Below are positions 13,425 through 24,550 of a stretch of DNA of 64,000 bases, piece after piece. The translations under genes and the position numbers were made by a program. This DNA is from Lama guanicoe (Eukaryota), in NCBI GenBank assembly GCA_013239625.1, contig MU056991.1, positions 24,893,539 to 24,957,538 of the forward strand. Reading direction: 5' to 3'. Each line of letters starts with the position of its first letter. Positions within the stretch are counted from its first letter, which is position 1. The notes under the pieces are model-generated. The model made no database searches. It was not told the DNA's origin and was given only the letters and a program-made list of their open reading frames with translations.

Positions 13425-13695
13425 AAACTTATTTCACTGTCTGACTTATTTCACTAAGCATAATACTCTCTAAGTCCATCTATGTCATTGCAAATGGCAG
13501 AATTTCATTCTTCTTTATGGCTAATATTCCATTGCATGTGCATGTGTATGTGTGTGTGTATATATATCTGTTCATCTGTTGATGGATGTTTAAGCTGCTT
13601 CTACATCTTGGCAATTGTAAATAATGCTGCTATGAACATTAGAATGCATGTATCTTTACAAATTAGTGTTTTTGTCTTCTTACGAAAAATACATC
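13425..13695 (-). mobile_element. L1MA-type ORF2-end fragment
   Basis: 'ctgacttatttcactaagcataatactctctaagtccatc...gcaaatggcagaatttcattc...aataatgctgctatgaacatt'. Confidence 0.9.
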
Positions 13696-14234
13696 TTAAT
13701 TTTAAGTAAATTATTTTAACTTTGATTAAAATTAAATTACTGATTTTTTAAAAATTCTGATGGAGTAAAGAAAATGTGTGGACAGTCCAGATGTTAAGTC
13801 ACACTAAAAACAGTCATTTATTTCAGCGTGCACTAATAAGAGATTAATTAATTCAGAACCAACCTCCTGCTGAAGGCATTGAGAAAAACTGGATTAAATA
13901 TTTTCTTAAAAACCCATAATGGGTAGCAGCTGGGAAAGGTTCCAAAGGAAAATGTCCCAGGGATGTGAGCTCAGCACAGAGAACTGCGTCTCACCTGGGG
14001 CTTTGAGGATGCTGGGAGAGGGGATGGAGTTGTGGAATCCGAGCCGGGCTGTCAGTCATCTCGCTGCTCCAGGGTAGGGGCTTTGGAGCTCGGGCCCTGC
14101 TGAACAGCAGGTGTATTGGGAGGGGAAGCAGCAGAAACTTTACTTGTGGTTTGAATCTGAAGGAAGTCACCCTACAAAGAAAGATGTACAATAACTCAGT
14201 TGTGTTTTCGCAAACAGAGATGTGCTGTACTACA

Positions 14235-14500
14235 TAGCAAATAGAGTTCGCACTACCGTGTTGTGCACTTATAAAATCTGTGAAGAAGATAGATCTCATG
14301 TTAAATTTTCTAACCTCCCTTGTGAAAAAGGGGCACGAGGAAACTCTTGGAGGTGATGGTCATTATCTATTACCTTGATTGTGGCGATGGTTTCATGAGA
14401 TGAGTGTTTGCACATGTCCAAACTCATCAATTGTATACATTAAATATGTGCAGCTTTTTGTATATCAGTTATACCCCAATAAAGCTGTTTAAAAAAAAAG
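14235..14500 (+). mobile_element. L1MB1-3-like 3' terminus
   Basis: 'ggaaactcttggaggtgatgg...ttgattgtggcgatggtttcatg...tatacattaaatatgtgcag...aataaagctgtttaaaaaaaaa'. Confidence 0.88.
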
Positions 14501-16509
14501 AAGCCACCCTGTGACTGCAGTTCAAGTTGAATTCTTAAATATGGTTGGTGTTACCCCAGATTGCTAGTTCTCCAGTGGAAATAACTATAAGCCATCTCTG
14601 GAGGAAAATGATATCACTGCAGAAAGCACCTAATCTTGAAAAATAATATTTCAAATATAAAGTCTGAACTATAATAAAAAGATAACTGGTCATAATAGAA
14701 AAAAGCAAAGACAATACAAAATTAACTGATAGGGGGAAAAAAAGAGGAAACCATCGCAGACTATTGGAGTTGTAAACACAGATATTGAAATACATGATAT
14801 TTCAGACTATCACATACTTCAAAGACAATGAGAACTAAAGTCTAGGCAATAGACCCCAAAGACGAAGTTGGCTCCTCCGGGGGCAACGAGACAACTGGCA
14901 AGGAGCTTGGAGCTCTTAGTTTTCATCTTTAGTTCATACTGTGGTGCAGAATAAAGCTTAGGAAGTTTAAATATGTAAATATTATATAAAACTGGACAAC
15001 TCTGAGCACAGAACAATTCTAGTTTAGATGGGATAATACGTTATCTTCTTGAACTTATGAACTTCATCATGAGACAGATTTGCTCTTTAAAGGAAGTCCC
15101 TTAAGTAAGAAGACACAGCCTGCTCATTGTTTCCCCCGAGTGGTTGTGGCACAAAGTCTCAGCGGTGGACTTGCTGGCATAACCAGAGGTTGTCTCGTCA
15201 GTCCTTTTTACATGGCAAGGTGACAAAATATTCCAGTCCGATGAATATGTGTTTTTATTCCTTGAATGAGTATTTCTTGTGCACACTTTGTGCCAAGCAC
15301 TGTGACGTCTGCTCGGCGACCTCAGCAGATAAACCCTAGACCTTGTGGATTCCATAATCTCACGGGGAAAATACATAGTAAAGAAGTAATTCCTGGAGGC
15401 TCCCACAAGATAGGGCATCACCATGATCAGGTACACCAGGAAATGTATGGCGCTTGAATGCACTCCACAAGGTTGATTATTTTCCCCTCTGAGTACATTG
15501 AAATAAACATAGCTGTTATTGCTTGGATGAGATGGAAAGAGAAATAAGTTTGTTTGTTTGTTTTTCCCCACCAACATAATGCTCATCTATGCTAACGGCA
15601 GGAGCAGTACACTGGAACATCCAAGATGCTGCTGATCACACAGCGACGCTTGCCAACAGTTCAGATGCTGTGCATTTCAGCAGCTTCACCTTCCTGGTAA
15701 TCCTTTGCTTCAGTAACCTTTAAGATGAGTTTGCATTCTCTGTGTGCTCACTATCTAGGTGATGAGGGAACTCATCCAGCAAGTGTGCAGCACGGTGAGC
15801 AGTAACCTATCAACGGACAATACACAGAGAAGACCATCTGTGTCCTCAACACGCAGGGGGCACCACATCTCCATGAATCTGCTGTGATTGCGGGGCTAGC
15901 AAGAATGTTATTTTTATTACTATCACTAGATGTATCTCCTCTTAACCATATTTAAGAGAACCTAAAGCAACCTCTATCTGAAAGCATATTACAAAACTTA
16001 TATTTATTGCTCAAACAGAAACAAAACTATTTAAGAAACAATACCAGCCGCTAGACATGAAGGGGTTACTGAGTTAGGTAACTGATTTTTCTCTAAGTTT
16101 TCTGATACCTTAGGAAAAAGAAAGTAAGTTTGAGCTAAATTTGGTTAACAATGTGCTGCTTTTGTTTATGGAATTAAAAATAATGACTGTTCACTTCAGA
16201 AAATTTTAAATCCTAAATTATTGAAGAAAAATTATTTTAATAATTTTTTTTTCTGAATGCACACCATGCCTTGCCTAACGATTGATCCATTTCCTAGATA
16301 AAAGGAAGAATGAAGAATTAAGCAGTTAAAGAATGACCAGCTCTCCACCCCTAATGGCCAACATTAGCAATCCTGCGGGCAGATCATGGGGGCAGGGTAA
16401 CATCTGAAGTCAACCGACCTGCACACAGTGGAGAGGATGCAGAACCCAGTCTCCCGCCTAAATGACTCACTGATATTCTCCACCCAACACTTTTTTTCCC
16501 TTTAAAAAC

Positions 16510-16671
16510 TGTCACAGCTGATCAGAATCTCCAGGGTTGGTCTCAGGACATGAGCCCACCTTCTCCCCAGATTGCCAGCTTTTCTGATGAAAGCATCTTT
16601 GTTTTCTACTGAAATGTGTCTCTCTATTATTGGCTTTTGAGCAGTGAGCCCCAGACCTGAGTTGGGTAACA
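16510..16671 (+). mobile_element. Short or internally deleted ERV LTR fragment
   Basis: TG...CA ends; 'ggtctcaggacatgagcccaccttctccccagattgcc' and terminal 'ggcttttgagcagtgagccccagacctgagttgggtaaca' resemble laurasiatherian ERV1 LTR 3' ends; no TSD seen. Confidence 0.55.
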
Positions 16672-17600
16672 AGGACAGAAAAAAAAAAAAAAAAAAAAAA
16701 AAAGACCATTGGATTTAGCAACACAGAAGTTGTTTGTGACTCCTTTTTTTCTTTTTTCTGCATAGTGGAGCCAAAAGACTATTTAAGAAAGATTTAACAT
16801 AGAATGAAGAGAAGAGATGGGGGAATAAATTAGAGTCAGAAGGCAGAACGTTTGGAGCAGAGCCAGGGGCAGTACCTGGGAGACTGATGCCGGGTAAAGA
16901 CAGGAGTGCTTGTAAGATGGGGGAAATTATGTCACGTTTCTTGCCATTGTGTGTGACCCTTATGGATCATTCTTACTAGAGAGAAAAATGTAATGATGCA
17001 GAGCAGAGACAAACTTTCTGGAGAAATGCTCACGAGTGAGTGGGAGACGTGGCACCTGGAGCGTGAGTGGGAAGTTTGGCCTTTGATCAAAACACAAGCA
17101 GCTCATACACAGGAGCAGGAAGAGGGCAGGAGTGCAGGGAGATCACACGTGTGGGAGATGGTGGCCAGAGCTTGGAGAAACTCTTTTTGAATTGCCTACA
17201 TTTTCTGCTGTGAATGAGGAAGGATGAGAAGCTATCAGAGTCACAGAAAGAGCAGACGTGAGAAAATAATCATCCAGGAGGCTGGGAGAGGAAATCGGGA
17301 AACGGGGTAGGATTTGCCAGTAACGTGAAGGTTCTGTTTGCAGCTGCTGGTCATGGACGTTCCTCCAGGAGAGGCAGAGTCCTGAGGCTCGGGACTTGGA
17401 AGTGAGGGAGCAGGAGAGCCGAGGGCAAAGTTTAAGTGAGCAATTGTAACAAAGGACCGTGGATTTGCACCTGGTTAAGTGACATATGAGGGCATAAGTG
17501 AGTTGTGGTAAAACCAATGGACCGTCAACCTAATTACTTTAACTATTAGCTGGGGTCATTGTGCTGGGAATTGGAAGAATAGAGCTGGAAATCCGGGAGC
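16672..17600 (-). mobile_element. Degraded L2 fragments
   Basis: 'aggacag(a)n gaccattggatttagcaaca..gaag' is an antisense L2 motif; purine-rich L2-like sequence follows. Confidence 0.6.
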
Positions 17601-17774
17601 TGGTTGTCAGAACCGGGGCTGCTGTACAGTGATGCTCTTGAGGCTTTGCCGTTGGTGACAAGGGGTGCGTCTGACGCAGAAGTGGGTCACCGTGGTAGTT
17701 CCACAAACCAAGAGGACAGGAGGCAGGCGGGCTCCAGTATTTCACACTTGAGGTAAAAGCACAGAGAAATGGAG

Positions 17775-18132
17775 GCCTTCGTCGTTGCAGGTGGGGCTGG
17801 GGAAGCAGGCGTGCAGAAACCGAGGAGCCAGGAGCCACAGACGGTTCTCACCGGCGCGCTCGGCCGTCTGCAGTACGGAATGGAGAGGTCTGCCGGAGAA
17901 CAGCCGGGAGCCACTGGCACACCTTCCATCCTCCAAAGGCCAGCCTCGGCCTGCCACAGCCGGGGAAGCTGCCACGGCCGCTGCACTTCTTCGGCCTTCA
18001 GAATCTCACGGCAGCCCCTCACTTCGGCAGAACGCAGTTCGCAGGCTTCCAGGTCCTGCGGCGGATGAGAGAGCGTAACGAACTAACGGCGCTCAGTCGC
18101 CAGCGGAGAGGTGGGCACAGTTTACCCCGTTA
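17775..18132. promoter_or_regulatory. CpG-rich island-like segment
   Basis: About 31 CpG in ~350 bp by hand count, GC-rich. Confidence 0.45.
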
Positions 18133-18171
18133 GCCAGCTGGTCATACTGCTGAACCCATATTTGGATTTAT

Positions 18172-18259
18172 CTTTACTTTAATTTTTACAGAGGTACCGG
18201 GGATTGAACCCCGCACCTTCCCCGTGCTGAGCATGCCTTCTCCCACTGAGCTATCCCCC
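18172..18259 (-). mobile_element. Camelid-type tRNA-derived SINE
   Basis: 'gaggtaccggggattgaacccc...ccactgagctatccccc' is the reverse complement of the A box (agctcagtgg) and B box (ggttcaatccc). Confidence 0.88.
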
Positions 18260-18334
18260 CGCATAGATTTAAGCCCGAGCAGCCTGGGCAGTAGGGCCTG
18301 GGCGCTGGCCACGGGCTGGAGCTACACCGCTCAG

Positions 18335-18665
18335 ATCTCCTCCACTTCGGAGTAGAACTCTGCTGCCCAGGAAGCTGGAGGCCTTCTCAGGGACCGTCTC
18401 AGCTGCAAAGCTGCCTCTCTCCGTGCACTGTCCGTGCAGGGACAGGCCACGCCCAGTGGCTGTCGCGGAAGTAGAAAGTCCAGGTAGTTTGGAACCAGCG
18501 TGTGACGCTTCTGCTAAGTCGTGTAGACCCACAGCTCACACTGGCAGCCGACCTCTGACCATGGGGGCTCAGCTTTTCCCTCTGAGGCATCTTCATCCGG
18601 CCCTTTCTCTCCCACAGGTGTTACCTGAAGAGCACTTTATAATACATATTCTGAAAACTCTGTCT
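18335..18665 (+). mobile_element. ERVL LTR (LTR16C-like)
   Basis: 'ctcagctgcaaagctgcctc', 'cccagtggctg', 'tcccacaggtgttacctgaagagcactttataata' match the recalled LTR16-family layout. Confidence 0.65.
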
Positions 18666-19584
18666 ACCTACCTGCCTGCCTGCCTATCCATCTATTTTTG
18701 CTACGTAATGAAGCAATATTTTGTGGACTGAGGTCACTGAGGGTGAACAGGTGCGTACCTAAATAATGGGGTTGGAAGAAACGTTGGTAGCAAGAAAGGC
18801 AACTCTGTATCCAGAGGAAATGTCTGTCACAGTGGAAAAGGTGATATGATAAAATGATGTGATGAGAGACACCCAGCATGGCTAACCCACTGTCCCGTGG
18901 TGAAGCCCAGGACCCTGTCACCGCTGGCAGCGGAACAATAATGGTTCCCACTTCCTTTCCCCTTCCAGTCTCGTGTGTCCTCGGCAGATATGCACGTCTC
19001 CCACTCTTCAGTCTCTGAAATGAGATACGCCCAGGTGTTGAAACTTTCCCACTTATGTGAAGAGACAGGGTCGAAAGTCGTATAATGACTGAGAGCTGTA
19101 TCTGTTTTATTAATCCACCAAACTGGATTTAGCTTTTAGTTTTAAAAAATGTTTCCTTAGAGCTTATGCCACCATGTCTCTCCACGGGAACTGCTACTCG
19201 TTAACCTTCACTCTGTTCTATTCACTGACACGTTTGCCGACTTTCTGAAAATCAGTGAGAAGTTCTCACCTGTCTTAATTGTTCTGCTAGAGCTTCAATC
19301 GCGTGTAAATTAATTACGCCTCGAATGTTCAAACCCCTTTAAAATGTTCTATTTTCAAGAAACTTCTGCTAACACTACATCTACTTAGAAAACTTTTAAA
19401 TGTAAAACTGACAGCTCTTCTGTTTTATTTCCTCTTCTTGTTAGGCTACCTCTTTTTAAACAATTGGGCAATTTCTATCTTTTCAGAAAAATTAGGAATT
19501 TTTGTAATTCATATATGAATCAGAAATGTAATTTTAGTACGTGTGTCTGCCTGTGAGCATGGATGTTACATGAAATGCCTTAAT

Positions 19585-19795
19585 TTTTGGAGAGCGGACT
19601 GAGTAGTAATTCATACTGTGAGCTTTGGTGTGAAAATGCCCAGAGGCGAGTTTTAGCTCCTGCTCACACTGGTCGTGGTCTCCTGGTCTAATTACTCAGC
19701 GGCTGTGTGTTCTCAGCTTTCTCACTGGTAAACTGATCATTTCATCATTACTTACAGAGTTTACTGCGACGGCAAATCAAATAGTTCACAGAGAT
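19585..19795 (+). mobile_element. MIR
   Basis: 'gctttggtgtg...ttactcagc..ctgtgtgttctcagctttctcactggtaaactg' resembles the MIR core. Confidence 0.7.
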
Positions 19796-20609
19796 CTGAA
19801 GGACTAGCAAGACTGAGCCAGTCAAAGAGGAAGAAAAAGGCAGGTTCCAGACAGAGGGAGCCATAGCTGGGGGCCATGGAACAGACGGGCTCAGCAGAGG
19901 AACCGGGAGTGGTCAGTCCCAGGACCATGAGAAACAGGTGTGACCAAAGGCGGCCCAGGTGAGGGCCCCTGTCCTGTCTGACTTGCAGAAGTGAGACCGT
20001 CTTTACTTTGCCCTTGAACCTGAATGATATTTCGCTTGGGTCTAGAATTCTTGCTCACCGTCTTGCCCCCTGAACATCCTGCCGTTTGCTCATCGCCATC
20101 TGGCACTGTTGCTGCTAAGGTGGTTGAGGCTGCCTAGGGTTTGTTCCACTGAAGGTAAACAATTTTCTCCTTTACTGAATATAATGCATATTTTGATATT
20201 GTTTCATTAATGATGGTCAGTGAGTCCGAAACCCCACCACATATGTTCTCACTGGTGGTTCCTTTGCTGTAAATTGTCTCCTTTTGGAAATCTTACCACA
20301 CATCACTGAAACGCTTACATCTTTCCTCTACATTTCACCTTTTCTAATAACTTCGCAGCCTCCATTTCCATTTCTAATGAGTTTTGTGGGGCTGGTTTTT
20401 ATGCCTAATTTTCTGCTTTAATTTAATTTAATTTTGTCCTATTAATAACTCAGCGGTTTTATTCCTTCATTGTTGTTTTAGATTCAGCAGTTGTTTCTCT
20501 GGCGGCAAGCAGCCTTTGCCTGTGTCTGACTTCCGGAGCTCCTTTCACAGGCACAGTGCCCTCTGAAATGTTACAATGGAATTAATATAAATTTCTACTT
20601 GCTTTAGAT

Positions 20610-20945
20610 ATCACTTGGGTTCTTCAGAGAATCAGCAACAGTAGGAATAGCTAATTAAAAAAAAAAAAGAGAGAAAGGGGGGTGGATTTTAGAAATTGGC
20701 TCCGCCCACAGTGGGGGCAGGCAAGCATGACATCTGCATGACAGGCTGGTACCTGGGTACCCAGACAGGATTTCTACATTACAGTCTCCCCAGCCCCTGT
20801 TCTGGAGGCAAATCTTCTTTACTTAAAATCAACTGATCGTAAATGCTAATAATCAAATCTACCACATACTTTTGCAGCAGCATCTAGAATAGGGTTTGAC
20901 CGAATACTGGGGTCGTAACCTGGCCAACATGACACACACAGTCAC
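20610..20945 (-). mobile_element. MLT2 (ERVL) LTR, internally deleted
   Basis: 'gggttcttcagagaa', 'aaattggctc..cacagtgggggcaggcaag', 'tttacttaaaatcaactgat', 'acctggccaacatgacaca'. Confidence 0.8.
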
Positions 20946-23147
20946 ATGATCATTTACACCAGTTACTGTCACGTTTAGAAGAAAGATCACAGTCCCTTGT
21001 GCTATTGAGTGTCTTCCTGTTCCCTGAACTATTCTACTTTTTAAAAAACCAGCTGTTCTGATTCCTCCATGCAGTTCCCTTTTGATGAAATGCGCCATCT
21101 TTCCCTTGGCCCTCCTTTTTGCTTGTGTTTTGTTTTGTTTGTAATCGATATAGAATTTGTGTGAACGTCTGTCCAGACGTGGAGGTAGAAACGTATTCGG
21201 TCAAATCAGGCCACAATCGGTCATCTGCCTCCAACTCCCGCTTTACAATCTCTCATAAGCAGTAAAAGTAATAATCCTTTTAGTAAAAGAAATATGCTTG
21301 TAATAACCCTGCTTAGTCTCTGTCCGGTTGAAAACTTATTTCCAGCTAAAAGTGATAACTTTGGGTAAAAACTGGATCGTCATTGAAAACTGTCCTATGA
21401 AACTGAAGCCAAAAGATCACCATAAGGCAAGCAATCAAAATGATTGGTTTAGCAAGCTAGGGAAAAGCGATTTTGGAATTTTTGTTAAAAGAATTAAAAA
21501 TAAATGATCATTGATACCTTTTTATAAAAGTAAGGGGAGTGGTCAGTGGTTATTAATTAAACACACACTGCCACCTACTGACTGCACAATTCTGCTACGA
21601 ATGTTGCCTTCAACATCAATGTTATGCCACACAATTTTCCAGTGTGCGAAGGCTGCAGTCATTCCTTTGATTTTCCAAATTTTCCAAGAATTTGTATTCA
21701 TTTAAAACGGTCACATTTCAATCTCAAGTTCTGCTAACTGAAGTGGAATTTACATGTGCTTAAATTAAATGACTGCCACTCTACAAAATCACTGTCATCA
21801 GGAGGCAATTCTTTTCAAGTGTCCCTTTGTGCGAGGAACTGCGTGATGCAAAATATGTCCACATCCTTCTCACACGAGGCTCAGTGACAGTTCCCGAGAC
21901 TGACAAGGACAGTCAGACCCCGTGCCCCGCACGCCCCTGCTGAAATGATTGAAGACACGCAGGCACTGACGTAACTTCCTAATGAAGGAGAAACTGAAGC
22001 CTACTTCATAACAGGTGCAGGAAGGACGGTTGGGGTTAGCACCGTTCCCTTTCACTTCGATACGACTTTATAGGGGACGTAACAGTGAGAGTTCTGTGGA
22101 TGATCAAATGGCTGCAGTGACCGGGGAAGAGCATGACGCCCTGTGTTTCAGTGGGATGCAGTATTTTAAAAGCGCAGGTGCAACGATCCCTCGCGTGGCT
22201 CACTAGGACACTGTGAAGTTTCTAGAAAGTAAAGCAGGGAAGGGCAGGCCTGTGCTCACAGGGCAGATTTGTGGTGTGCGGAGGAAGCAATGGCTCAGAG
22301 CCAGGGGCATGGGGCCAGGGAGGCTCATCTCCAGGGGACACCACGTAGGCCCATTGCTGGCTTCAGGGTCCCAGGCACCCTGCACCCTAAACCCTTTCTG
22401 TGTTAACAGATGCGCTGCCGAGAGTCAAGACTGACAGTCCTATCAAAGTGCAGAGTGCTGATCTCCTCTGGGCAAAACTCTCCAGTGCTGGACTCCCTCC
22501 CCGGGTGAGGCCTTTTCTGGAACACTGCTCAACTCTCTTGACAAGAGGGGAACCTGTGAGACTCTGTTACAAAAATAGAATCAGCAGGTCCTTCCGACTG
22601 AATTCTTTTGTTCACTCATTTCAGGGACCACTTCAAAGCAGGATGGTTTTGCATAACCCATTCATCTGTAAAACACTGTGCTTTATTTGAGTTAGAATAT
22701 TTGTTTTTTGTTAAACATAAACAAATGAAACCACAGCACGTGCCACCAGACCGAGAGCCCAGCAGGAAGGATTTATGGTGCATGGGTGTAGGTCCTAGGA
22801 CGCAAGCCTTAAATCCAAGGTCAGCAAGACCTAGTACAATCTTCCACCCCTCAGTGGGTTTACTTGGAGGAAGCAGATGAAGTTGTAGGGGTTTACAAGA
22901 ACAAAATAGCTTACACTCATAGCTACAGGCTGTCTCTGTTGAAAAGGTCCCCAATATAGACTTGTACCCCACGTGCACTTAGTGACGGGAAGGAGAGGGA
23001 CTGGTGAGGAGTGGACTGGAAGTAATGGTAACATGGGATCTTATAAAGGAAAAGCTTTTCTCTCCATGAATCAGGCTTTTACTAAAGCACCGTTGACCCA
23101 CCCTATAAGGTAGCAATGTCATGTAGATGATCAAACACAAGATTGCT

Positions 23148-23233
23148 AGAAAATTTGAGAGGGCTTCTTTCTGTTGTTTAAGCCTCCATTTTTTTTTAAA
23201 CTAATTTGTTCTAGCAGCCATGGGGAACTAGTA
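23148..23233 (+). mobile_element. MLT1 LTR 3'-end fragment
   Basis: 'tttctgttgtttaagcc...taatttgttctagcagccatggggaactagta'. Confidence 0.75.
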
Positions 23234-23470
23234 AGGTCCAGATGACTTTCTTGTCCTATAACCTGGGGCTGTCTTCCATAAGACTAGATATCACTTGAGT
23301 ACCTTTGGCAGTATTGGCGCCGTGCTGAACCTTCTGCGCAGTATCTGTCCTAATTCAGATTGGGTTTCTGCTTAGTTGCAACAGAGTAGCTCCGATAAAT
23401 TTCCTAGGTAAGATTTAGAACTAATTTTATTCGTTTAAAACTTGCAGTGATACCCTAATTCCTTCACTCC

Positions 23471-23935
23471 TGTGGTCAGCTAATCATGGCCCCTAAACAT
23501 ACTAGGTCCTAAGCCCTGGGACCATAAACGTTACCTTGTACGGGAAAAGTGCTTTCAAGGTGTGATGGAATTAAGGAGCTTGAAATGGTGAGAGTACCTT
23601 GAATTATCTGGGTAGGTTCTAAAGGCAATCACAAGGGCCCTTCGAAGAGGGAGGCAGAGGCAGAGGTGACAACACAAAGGAGAAGGCCATGTGAGAAAGA
23701 AAAGAGAGAGATGTGAAGATGCTGCCTTTGAAGACTGGAGTGAGTTGGGCACAAGACAAGGGACAGCGGAGCCACCAAAGCTGGAAGAGGCTAACGCCTG
23801 GGTTCCAGCCCAGCAGTACTGACTCACAGCTGTAGCCTGAAGAACAGGGAGAGGAGAATTTCCTGTCATTTAAGCTTCCTTTTTTTTTCTTTTTTTTTTA
23901 GTAATTTGTTATAGCAGCCATCACAAACTGATACA
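23471..23935 (+). mobile_element. MLT1D-like MaLR solo LTR
   Basis: Starts 'tgtggtcagctaatcatggcccc'; 'aatcacaagggcccttcgaagagggaggcagagg'; ends 'gtaatttgttatagcagccatcacaaactgataca'. Confidence 0.88.
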
Positions 23936-24064
23936 CTCAAGGTGACTCTCTCATCCTATAACCCAGGGTTCTCTTCCATAATACTGGGTATCATTTAGAT
24001 ACCTTTGGTATCCTTAGCAGCGTGCTAAACCTTTTATACAAAGTGTCTCCAATCCTTGTACATC

Positions 24065-24550
24065 TTTTCCCCTGAAATCATACTGCTCTCTTCCTGGCTC
24101 ACTCTGCGCCAGTCGTACGAGATGCCTTAACATGCCAGAGTATTCCAGGTTTGTGCAGTGGTTGTTTCCTCTGCAAGATGTCTAATCTTTCGCTCAGACA
24201 TCATGATGATGACCTCTCTGGCCCTCTTCAAATCTCAGCTCACATTGCCTTCTCGCCGGGTCTACCTCCCAAATACTCTGTTCCACGTTGCAGCCTCCTT
24301 CCGTACCCAGCATAACACAGTAGTTGTATCTGCTCTCTTCTATTATTGTAATCTCATTCAAATCTCTAAAATGTTAAATAATTTACTGAATGGTTGTGGC
24401 TATCTTACATCTTCTGTCTGCTCCCTCTAGGATGTGAGTCGCATGAAGTGAAAGATTTTCTCTCTTTGGTTCACTAATGTATTCCTAATGCATAGAACAA
24501 TACTGAGCACATAATAGACACTCAGTAATTTTTTTTCTTGAATGAATAAT
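24065..24550 (+). mobile_element. L2a 3' end
   Basis: 'ctcactctgcgccag', 'tgtttcctctgc', 'ttggttcactaatgtattcctaatgcatagaacaatactgagcacataatagacactcag...tgaatgaat'. Confidence 0.88.

Noticed and set aside
16679-16703. Long poly(A) run after an LTR fragment, suggesting a retrocopy tail
   Set aside because: It sits inside the L2 motif 'aggac.gaa..gaccattggattt' and has no TSD, so an expanded A-run is more likely.
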